A stretch of 64,000 nt of DNA from Pseudomonas phage HPP-Temi: sequence record PP968062.1; one strand, written 5' to 3'. The notes beneath the pieces were generated by a model. It had not been told where the DNA came from. It ran no database searches and was given only the letters and a program-made list of their open reading frames with translations. The translations under genes and the position numbers were made by a program. Positions 56,972 to 64,000 of this stretch are shown here, piece by piece (positions within the stretch are counted from its first letter, which is position 1; each line of letters starts with the position of its first letter).

Positions 56972-58234
56972 TTAGTACTTAGTAAGCTCGTGTTTAGCGA
57001 TAGTCAGCTTGGCGTAAACAGAGGTTACGATCTGACGTTCAACTTGAGCGATTACATCCAGCGAACGGATCTTAGTGATCAGATTGGAGATAGCACCGAA
57101 TACAGCAGGATCATCCAGTTCAACGGTCAACTTAGCGCCGAGGTCATTGGATAGTTGTTGCAGTTCAGCATTGTGGCGATTCACAGCTGCATCATCAGTC
57201 ATGATACTCAGAACGCTTTCGCATTCTTGAGCAAACTTGGTGATAGCACTGGCAGGACGCAGTTCAACTTCGATAGGACCTTCAGCATCTGTACCTTTGA
57301 TGATCTTGAAGCCGAGGTTATCCATATCCCAGGACAGACGAATACTACCCGGAAGGAAGTCTTGACCAACAGAAGCTTGAGTGACGTTAGTCATCTCAGT
57401 GTGGGTATGATCCAGAACACTTTCGATGTATTCTTGAGCACTACCTTTACCAACGTTGTTAGTAGCGAATTTCATTACCGACATCAGAGCTTTCGGTAGA
57501 CGATCGTACAGGAATACAACATAAGCTTTCTCGTTAGCAATCGTATCATAGGTGTTCTCACCATCGGCTACGATGTTACGGGTATCTTCGATCTTGACTT
57601 TGGTAGACTCTTCATCAACATCGCCCTTACGAGCTTGAATCTCTTCAGCTTTCTTACGTAGATCTTCCGAAACATTGTCCGGTACTGAACCACGCATCTT
57701 ACCGCCAGGATAAGCGGGGAATGCACGAGAAGCCAACATAAGTTGTTGAGCAGCTTGTTTGGTTTTAGCCTTAGGACCAGCCAGTTTCTGATAAACAGCC
57801 TTAGCACGTTCGATCAGTTTAGCAATGAACTCCATGATACGCTTGCCAAGGGCCTGTACACGCTCTTTAACGTCCTCAATCGACACAGTGGTAGTCTGCA
57901 AGCCGTCACGCAGAGAACACGTCTTAAACGCTTCCAGAGACAGTGCTTCGCGCTGGATACCAAGACTAGCATCGATCTGTTTCATACCAATCCGCATCAT
58001 GGCAGCGGACTGTTTGGTGATACCTTTATCACCAGCTTGTTTCAGGAGTTGAGAATATGCTTCGAGGGATTCAGCGACACCTTCGAGTTCTTCGGATTCA
58101 ACTACTTCTTGTTCTGCAACTTCATTTTGGAAGTCGGATACGTCTTCAATCTCGACCTGGATATCCTCAGCAGGTTCGATGATCGTGTCAGCGGGTTCTG
58201 TATTTACGTTACAGGGCATTTCGGTGTCTAACAT
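56972..58234 (-). CDS. Inner-body-like head protein, paralog family member (420 aa)
   Basis: Core SLEAYSQLLKQAGDKGITKQSAAMMRIGMKQIDASLG...SLEAF. Confidence 0.6.
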   Translation of the reverse strand: MLDTEMPCNVNTEPADTIIEPAEDIQVEIEDVSDFQNEVAEQEVVESEELEGVAESLEAYSQLLKQAGDKGITKQSAAMMRIGMKQIDASLGIQREALSLEAFKTCSLRDGLQTTTVSIEDVKERVQALGKRIMEFIAKLIERAKAVYQKLAGPKAKTKQAAQQLMLASRAFPAYPGGKMRGSVPDNVSEDLRKKAEEIQARKGDVDEESTKVKIEDTRNIVADGENTYDTIANEKAYVVFLYDRLPKALMSVMKFATNNVGKGSAQEYIESVLDHTHTEMTNVTQASVGQDFLPGSIRLSWDMDNLGFKIIKGTDAEGPIEVELRPASAITKFAQECESVLSIMTDDAAVNRHNAELQQLSNDLGAKLTVELDDPAVFGAISNLITKIRSLDVIAQVERQIVTSVYAKLTIAKHELTKY

Positions 58235-58272
58235 GATTGCCTCGAAAAGGGAGTTGGATTACATAGCATAAA

Positions 58273-58288
58273 GGGAGCCGAAGCTCCC
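58273..58288. terminator. Hairpin GGGAGC cgaa GCTCCC with CATAAA arm; the gene-strand downstream reads TTTATGCTATGTAATCCAACTC
   Basis: GC stem with tetraloop; the downstream 22-mer is duplicated at 61001-61023. Confidence 0.5.
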
Positions 58289-58295
58289 CATGCTT

Positions 58296-60983
58296 TTAAC
58301 GAGTGGATGCATCCATCCAGTTCATCAGACCACGGATGTAAGTGAAGTAGAACTCCCACTGCCCACCACCGGCCTTGAAGAATGTAGCTTCGCCATCGTT
58401 ACCAAACTCGGCAATCTTACTTGCCAGTTTGACACACCATTTCTGAGTGTCATCTTTGGTATACTGAGCGATGTTACGGATGACATCAGTGTACTTACCA
58501 GTGCCAGCCATGTGAGCAGGAACGAAACGACTAAACAGACCGTGTTCGTTTACGACGTTGAAGGTTTCCCACCAAGTCTTACCCATAGAAGCTTCCCAAT
58601 AACCTTCTACGTAATCGATAGCTTTAATGATTTCAGCAGCAGCTTCAGCAACCTGTTCTTGGGTCATTGCAGGGAGAGTAACTTCAGCGTAAGAGTGAGC
58701 CATACCGGAGTTGTACTTAACCGGTTTGAACTTCTCAGCATCGAAGCTCGGCATTGCGTCGTACATCTTCTGCGCTTTCTCAGGATGGGTGCGATACTCC
58801 ATCTTGATCAGATAGTCGGTATACGGTTTAACAGATGCCGCTGCACGAGTGAATACAGATGCGTTACCACGAAGGGTTTGATTCAGGTGGCCAACCGCTT
58901 TAGCAATAACCTGTTTGAAATTATCATCCAGAGACGGGTCACCTTTGAACTTAACCTCACCTTCTACGAAGCGACGATTCTTCAGCCAGTTCGGATCAGC
59001 AAAAGTCTTAGCGATCTTTTCTTTGGCGGCAAGGTAACGTTCAGGTTGTAAATCTTCTTTGCGACCATGAATCATCGCATTGAAGAAATGACCTACTTCG
59101 TCGAAGAAACCTTCGTTAGAGAATACCAGGGGGTCATGGGACTCCATACCGGCACCTTTAACTTTCAGGTTGTTCAGGCATGCTTCCAGATACATCGCTT
59201 TACCGGACGAAGTATAGGTGACAAGAGTTGTAACCATTTGCAGGTTCATTTCTTGGATCATCTTAGTGATAGTACTAACGTACAGTTGTTGCAGTTCTTG
59301 AGTGTAACGTTCATCACCACCAGTACGGGCAGCTTTGATAGCTTCCTGAGACTTCTTCTGAGCGGAATCAACAATGCGAGTAATACGATCAGACTTACCA
59401 GCATTCTGATAGAACTTCTGGAGTGCCTTCAATTGAGTTTCAATCTGACCACGTTCAAGAGCATCGAGTTCTTCGCCAACGCGATCATCAGTAGCACGCT
59501 CAAGAATCAGTGCATGCCCTTCACGGATAATCTTACCACCACCAGGCAGAGCTTTCTCAACTTTGTCTTTGTTGGATTCGAGGCGTTGTTCAATGATAGC
59601 TTTGAACTCAGCTACGCCTTCACTCGAAGCTTCCATCTTAGCCAGTTGCTGACCAAGGAAGACAACGTTGGATTGCATAGCCATCGCGGCAGATACAGCC
59701 AGATCGATTACAGCTACTTCAGCAGAGGTATCAGTACCTACGAACTTACCGTCGGCATAGAAAAAGCGAGCTTTAGAAACTTTGATCTTCTCGTTTTCGG
59801 CGTAAGCGTTACGAGGCGTCTCAGCGATTGCGGTCAATGCCTTCTGTACACGGTCTTCAGCGCGGCTACGTTCGAAATCGAAGTTCTTCAGGTACTCAAC
59901 GAGCTTAGCCCAAAGTTCTTGGATCTTCTTGTAAATAGCACCACCGATTTGTTTCATACGACCAGTGATGGTATCTTCATTGACGTCTACCGATTCCATA
60001 GCGGAACGAGGAGTAGTGTCGAAAGATTCCAGACCAGTTGCTTTAGTCTTCAGACCAAATGTACGATCGATGTGCATCAGACTCGAATGCAGTACAGCAG
60101 CCGATTGCTTGGAGATACGACCGGACTTAACGATATCGTGATAAGCTTCTAGTGCAGTCTGTGCATCATGGAGCGAATCAATACTGGAAGATACTTGTTC
60201 GATACGATCGTGCGCCAGTTGAGTGGATTCATCCATTTCAACATCAGCAGCAGTCATCGGTTCAGCAGGAGCAATTTCTTCGATCGGATGAGCTAGAGGT
60301 TCGCCTTCAATGTTTTCATTCGAGGGCTTCTCTTCTTCCGAGGTTTCGCTTTCTTGAATTTCTTCACTGGCAGCTGCTTCATGGGCTTCTACCTGCTCAT
60401 GAGCTGTGGGTTCTTCAGCAGGAGTCTCGGACTCTACTTCAGATTCAGCTTCTGTTTCAGAAACGGGGGTTTCCATTTGAGTGCTGGGAGCAGCGGGATT
60501 CTCAATTGGCTCAGGAAGAGCATTCTCTTCAACCACTTCGGTGTCCGTGGATTCTTCGCTAACTTCCTCACTAGGAGTTTCGTTAACAGCGGGTTCAGTA
60601 GCCGCACCAACATCTTCAGGAGTAATAGCAGGTTCATCGCTGTTCTCGCGTACTACTTCAGACTCGGAACGTTGAGCTTCGATATTCGGCTTCTCACCGG
60701 TACCGTCCCATAGGGGTTCATGAGCATCACCGAAGTCTTCATGACCATAGATGCCTTGACGAGTAACCCACTCACCTTTAACGAATACCCAGTCAACACC
60801 GTTAACGTGGTATACCGCACCTTCTTCCGGATTCTCGGGAAGGTCTTTGGTAGTGGTCAGTGCTTTTACAGACGTCTCTACGGATTCAACCGGAACATCA
60901 TGGGCGACACCGTCGCCAATCGATTCGTTAGAAAGAGTGGCTTTACCACCACCCAGGTGCTTTTGCAGATTATGAATAGACAT
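58296..60983 (-). CDS. Inner-body-like head protein, paralog family member (895 aa) with acidic E/T/S-rich region
   Basis: Core ALEAYHDIVKSGRISKQSAAVLHSSLMHIDRTFG...TGLESFD; acidic low-complexity N-terminal third. The + strand ORF 59067..60152 is antisense. Confidence 0.6.
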   Translation of the reverse strand: MSIHNLQKHLGGGKATLSNESIGDGVAHDVPVESVETSVKALTTTKDLPENPEEGAVYHVNGVDWVFVKGEWVTRQGIYGHEDFGDAHEPLWDGTGEKPNIEAQRSESEVVRENSDEPAITPEDVGAATEPAVNETPSEEVSEESTDTEVVEENALPEPIENPAAPSTQMETPVSETEAESEVESETPAEEPTAHEQVEAHEAAASEEIQESETSEEEKPSNENIEGEPLAHPIEEIAPAEPMTAADVEMDESTQLAHDRIEQVSSSIDSLHDAQTALEAYHDIVKSGRISKQSAAVLHSSLMHIDRTFGLKTKATGLESFDTTPRSAMESVDVNEDTITGRMKQIGGAIYKKIQELWAKLVEYLKNFDFERSRAEDRVQKALTAIAETPRNAYAENEKIKVSKARFFYADGKFVGTDTSAEVAVIDLAVSAAMAMQSNVVFLGQQLAKMEASSEGVAEFKAIIEQRLESNKDKVEKALPGGGKIIREGHALILERATDDRVGEELDALERGQIETQLKALQKFYQNAGKSDRITRIVDSAQKKSQEAIKAARTGGDERYTQELQQLYVSTITKMIQEMNLQMVTTLVTYTSSGKAMYLEACLNNLKVKGAGMESHDPLVFSNEGFFDEVGHFFNAMIHGRKEDLQPERYLAAKEKIAKTFADPNWLKNRRFVEGEVKFKGDPSLDDNFKQVIAKAVGHLNQTLRGNASVFTRAAASVKPYTDYLIKMEYRTHPEKAQKMYDAMPSFDAEKFKPVKYNSGMAHSYAEVTLPAMTQEQVAEAAAEIIKAIDYVEGYWEASMGKTWWETFNVVNEHGLFSRFVPAHMAGTGKYTDVIRNIAQYTKDDTQKWCVKLASKIAEFGNDGEATFFKAGGGQWEFYFTYIRGLMNWMDASTR

Positions 60984-61023
60984 ATCGATTCTCTGACTTG
61001 TGAATTGGATAACATAGCATAAA

Positions 61024-61043
61024 GGGGAACCGCGTGGTTCCCC
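61024..61043. terminator. Hairpin GGGGAACC gcgt GGTTCCCC with CATAAA arm; the gene-strand downstream reads TTTATGCTATGTTATCCAATTC
   Basis: Perfect 8-bp stem; flanks duplicated with the 58273-58288 element. Confidence 0.55.
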
Positions 61044-61052
61044 GATATGACG

Positions 61053-62351
61053 TCAACGCAGACGCTTCTGTTCTTCTTCCGTAGGTTTACGAAGAGGAGC
61101 TTGATAAGCCTTAAGTTCCAAGTCAGCTACAAGAGCAAGACTTGCGATCAGGCGAATCATTCCAGCGAGTGTGTTGTTATAGTCGATGATCATCCGCATG
61201 ACGTTATTGAGAATCATGGTTAGATCGTTAACAACGTTGGATACGGCTGGGCGAGCTTCATCACGCTCCTCTTCACCCGGTTTCTTACGACCTTGGCTCT
61301 GGCGGAGTTGGCCAGCTTTAACACGGATCTTCTCGGCAGATTGTTCCAGCTTCCGTAGTTGCACGGAGATCTTCTGGTCATAACCTTTACGGGATTGGAG
61401 ACGCTTAGCCAGTCCAAGCAATACACCTAGACGTTGACGGATAGCGTTTACAGGAGATACCTGAATAACATTATCACCATCGTTCATTGGCTTCTGTTCA
61501 GGGACCGTGTAATACTTAAAACGGAAGTCACGGATAGAGTTAACCATGAACTGCCAGTCTTTAAGTTTCTCGGTTTTGGTCTCGCTAGGTCCAGAGAAAT
61601 AAATGGCCTTGTTACCCTGAGTAAGTCCAGAACGGAATAACGTTGCATTAACCCGGAATCGGTCGTCTTGTTCTACTTCAATAGCACCCTTCATCCAGCG
61701 CTTGGCGTTGAAGATCTCAAACCGGATGGTAGAGTCATCAGTCCACTCTTCGTCTAGAGTAAGTGTATTGAAGGTCTTATCAATTGCAACAAGATAAGGA
61801 ATAAAGACTTTGTCATAGAAGTCGATGGTGTTCTGGGTTTGTTCCAGAGCAGGACGAATCTCTGTCGGAGAGAACTCGCCATTGATATTGAACTTCTTCG
61901 CTTTCCTCAGTTCGATCTCAGGTTTGAATGGTTTCGTCTCATTCAAGTTAGAGGCCATTTCGTAAAGCATATTGATGCGCTCTACGGTTCGATCGATACC
62001 AGCCATCAGTACTTTAGCATAGCCGTATAGATCACTGTTCGCTCTTTTAATTTCTACTTTTGTGCGTTCCCAAACCTGCCTGCTAGAATCACTAATATCC
62101 TCGGTAGAAATAACATTAGTGAAGCCGAATTTATCAACTGCATAAGCAAGCATCTCAGGGCTAGTGGTCTCGTAGTTATTCTGAATAAAAGTATCCAGAC
62201 GTTCTAGAGATTCCATCCCAGTGAAAAGCTTATCCAGTTTTTCTGCGCAAACATCGAACTCGTTGAAGTCAGCTTCAATCGAGACGGACAGATCGACGGG
62301 TGTTACCCCGTCGACTGCGTTAGGTTGGGAATGGTCAACTGAGTCAACCAT
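61053..62351 (-). CDS. Hypothetical head-module protein (432 aa)
   Basis: Long ORF upstream of the paralog array. Confidence 0.5.
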   Translation of the reverse strand: MVDSVDHSQPNAVDGVTPVDLSVSIEADFNEFDVCAEKLDKLFTGMESLERLDTFIQNNYETTSPEMLAYAVDKFGFTNVISTEDISDSSRQVWERTKVEIKRANSDLYGYAKVLMAGIDRTVERINMLYEMASNLNETKPFKPEIELRKAKKFNINGEFSPTEIRPALEQTQNTIDFYDKVFIPYLVAIDKTFNTLTLDEEWTDDSTIRFEIFNAKRWMKGAIEVEQDDRFRVNATLFRSGLTQGNKAIYFSGPSETKTEKLKDWQFMVNSIRDFRFKYYTVPEQKPMNDGDNVIQVSPVNAIRQRLGVLLGLAKRLQSRKGYDQKISVQLRKLEQSAEKIRVKAGQLRQSQGRKKPGEEERDEARPAVSNVVNDLTMILNNVMRMIIDYNNTLAGMIRLIASLALVADLELKAYQAPLRKPTEEEQKRLR

Positions 62352-62361
62352 GGACCCCTCC

Positions 62362-62901
62362 TCAGTTATTTATCTTTTCAGGGACACTACCAAACAACAT
62401 GTTCAGTGTGTACATGAGATCGTCAAAGCCACCTTTCCGTTTCAGCCATGCTTGAAGCATTGCATCTACATCCGGAGACAGACCGTAGCTCAGGAACAGC
62501 TCAGCGATATCACGACGGTCTTCGATCAGTTGAAGACCAGCCGGCGGCTCAGCAGTAAGAAGCATCGGCCAGGAATGAATGCTCATCCGACGTGTACCAG
62601 TTGCAATGAAGCGAACGGTATCTTTCAGGAAAGCGTAGTTGTGATCAGCGATCAGTGCGTTGTTGTCTTGACGGATGAACCAGTTATAGTTACCATCAAA
62701 CTTAACACGTGCTAGGTCGATTACACGCTTACGGAATTCCCAATAGACGGTACGACGAGGGAAGTTGGTATACTCGATCATCAGCTCAACTACCCGAGGA
62801 TCACCTTGACGCATGGTGAAACGTTGAGTAGCTTTAGCTTGACCACCGGAATACTCACGGCTAGCATCGAAAGGTTTGACTGCATTAGTAGGCATGGTCA
62901 A
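62362..62901 (-). CDS. Hypothetical protein (179 aa)
   Basis: ORF. Confidence 0.5.
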   Translation of the reverse strand: MTMPTNAVKPFDASREYSGGQAKATQRFTMRQGDPRVVELMIEYTNFPRRTVYWEFRKRVIDLARVKFDGNYNWFIRQDNNALIADHNYAFLKDTVRFIATGTRRMSIHSWPMLLTAEPPAGLQLIEDRRDIAELFLSYGLSPDVDAMLQAWLKRKGGFDDLMYTLNMLFGSVPEKINN

Positions 62902-62905
62902 CTCC

Positions 62906-63799
62906 TTAGTTTACGCCGGCACGTTCTTCGATCTTAGCGATCTCGTATTCGTAGGCGGAGATACGACGCTCGTAAGCTTCGATTTGTTTCTGAAGTACAG
63001 GGCTGGTCGGTTCTTTAGCCAGAAGAGCACGCAGTTCTTCCAGACGAAGCTGGAGACCGTAGTATTCTTCTTGAGCTACGTTGTAACGTTCAGCTTGCAT
63101 TTCAGCAATCAGCTTGCCGATAATCAGGAACGGGTTTTGACGAGGCGAGAAGCCAGCCATACCCAGCGGGTCAGTCTTAGTCAGACCGAGGTTCTGTTGA
63201 GCGACTTGGAAAGTAGCTTCGTCAACAGTAGCATTAGAAGCAGCATTCAGCTTAGACTTCAGAGCTTGAGGTTGCAGAACCATTGCCGGGTACAGAGCAG
63301 CAAACTGCTCCATGTTGGTTTCGATCCAATCGGATTCCGCCGAGGTCCAAGCGGCACGGGTAGCTTTACCATGAAGGGCAGCTTCTTGGGCAACAAGGAA
63401 CAGAAGGTACTTACGACCGAAGCGAATGTAGAAAGCCAGACCTTCAATGAACTTGAGCATGTTAGCCCGGTCGAAGGTCAGGTTGGTGTTGGTGAACTGG
63501 ATAGAGAACAAGCTACGGATTTCTTTACGGATAACTTCGAAGTTACCACGGATGTTGTCCAGAGAACCGAGCATCAGATCGATAGCCGGAGAGTTAAAGT
63601 TAATCCCACGGCGCAGTACCATTTCCATCCGCTTAGCGAGATTGGATTTCAGGGGAATACCCTGGAAGGCCTCCCGAACGTCTGCAACGATCGGGGCCAG
63701 TGTATCGTCATATTCAGTCTGGAGTTGATCCAGAACGTTCAGCAGTTGACGACGCTCCATTACAGGTGCAAGCTGCTGGACATAGTTAAGAATACTCAT
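62906..63799 (-). CDS. Hypothetical protein (297 aa)
   Basis: ORF. Confidence 0.5.
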   Translation of the reverse strand: MSILNYVQQLAPVMERRQLLNVLDQLQTEYDDTLAPIVADVREAFQGIPLKSNLAKRMEMVLRRGINFNSPAIDLMLGSLDNIRGNFEVIRKEIRSLFSIQFTNTNLTFDRANMLKFIEGLAFYIRFGRKYLLFLVAQEAALHGKATRAAWTSAESDWIETNMEQFAALYPAMVLQPQALKSKLNAASNATVDEATFQVAQQNLGLTKTDPLGMAGFSPRQNPFLIIGKLIAEMQAERYNVAQEEYYGLQLRLEELRALLAKEPTSPVLQKQIEAYERRISAYEYEIAKIEERAGVN

Positions 63800-63816
63800 C
63801 TGTCATGTCCTTAGTT

Positions 63817-64000
63817 AAATGTTGGTTTGCATCTGTTTGCTGAACATCTTGAAGATTTCAGTGATGTCCTGACCTTTGGATTTCTCGGCCATCTTGATTT
63901 CGTCGATACGGAAGCTCGAAGAGATATCCACACCACGATGATAGATGGTCACACGCTGCCAGCGCTCGTCAACAACGATCAGCATCAACAGGTAGCTGTT
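63817..64000 (-). CDS. C-terminal part of a minus-strand gene running off the window end
   Basis: Open minus-strand frame ending ...EIFKMFSKQMQTNI with stop TAA at 63817-63819. Confidence 0.4.

Noticed and set aside
54270-60152. Plus-strand ORFs 54270-55673 (467 aa) and 59067-60152 (361 aa)
   Set aside because: Both are fully contained antisense to paralog-family genes whose minus-strand translations align with each other. Their own translations are low-complexity.
1-64000. tRNA genes, CRISPR arrays, integrase or transposase
   Set aside because: No T-loop-like GTTCGA(A/T)TCC motifs with an appropriate cloverleaf context. No regularly spaced direct repeats. No recognisable recombinase or transposase motifs in any ORF.

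Overview
This 64-kb window reads as a densely packed segment of a large tailed (jumbo, phiKZ-like / Chimalliviridae-type) bacteriophage genome. Nearly all genes are on the minus strand; there are no rRNA, tRNA or CRISPR features that I can detect. GC looks to be in the high 40s percent by eye (not computed). All protein-family calls rest on my reading of the translated sequences and remembered family motifs, not on database searches.

The content, from left to right:
- Lysis cassette (1-2.2 kb): the 3' end of a phiKZ gp144-type endolysin (peptidoglycan-binding domain plus lytic transglycosylase, the strongest call in the window), two unknown proteins, one with a C-terminal transmembrane (TM) helix, and an overlapped inner-membrane / outer-membrane spanin pair whose outer-membrane lipoprotein has a clear lipobox.
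- A RuvC-like Holliday-junction resolvase and two small proteins with HxD...H motifs (about 2.2-5.3 kb).
- A tandem array of four paralogous tail-fibre-like genes (5.3-12.2 kb). They share an N-terminal anchor domain and degenerate NPH-type fibre repeats; a 107-aa ORF encodes a single repeat unit.
- Head module (about 12.2-29.3 kb): a 908-aa acidic-tailed putative portal, a 741-aa putative major capsid protein (phiKZ gp120-sized), a 688-aa Q/N-rich prion-like protein and a highly basic protein.
- An early/accessory region (29.4-45.3 kb). It begins with a divergent unit that includes a DnaB-like protein whose Walker A P-loop is degenerate. The rest is an island of more than 20 small genes, many of them single-TM peptides under 60 aa that are missing from the ORF track. 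This island carries a TARG1/DarG-type macrodomain protein, a candidate anti-defence ADP-ribosyl hydrolase.
- A large late block (45.3-64 kb) that includes five paralogous inner-body-like head proteins. They share an N-terminal I-H-K-Y-x-x-S-L-E motif, which fits the S/A-x-E prohead-protease cleavage rule described for phiKZ. One of them has a disordered E/T/A/P-rich acidic region of about 450 aa.

Two recurring non-coding elements stand out. The first is a promoter-like motif, CTATAT(T/C)ACA preceded by TTTnAAA on the gene strand, found upstream of several genes in and near the island; it resembles the TATATTAC early promoters reported for phiKZ. The second is a family of extended palindromic hairpins with conserved A/T arms (CATAAAG-stem-loop-stem-CTTTATG, often TTTATGTCGTC), found in more than 15 intergenic gaps. 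These probably act as terminators and perhaps as TATG-type late promoters.
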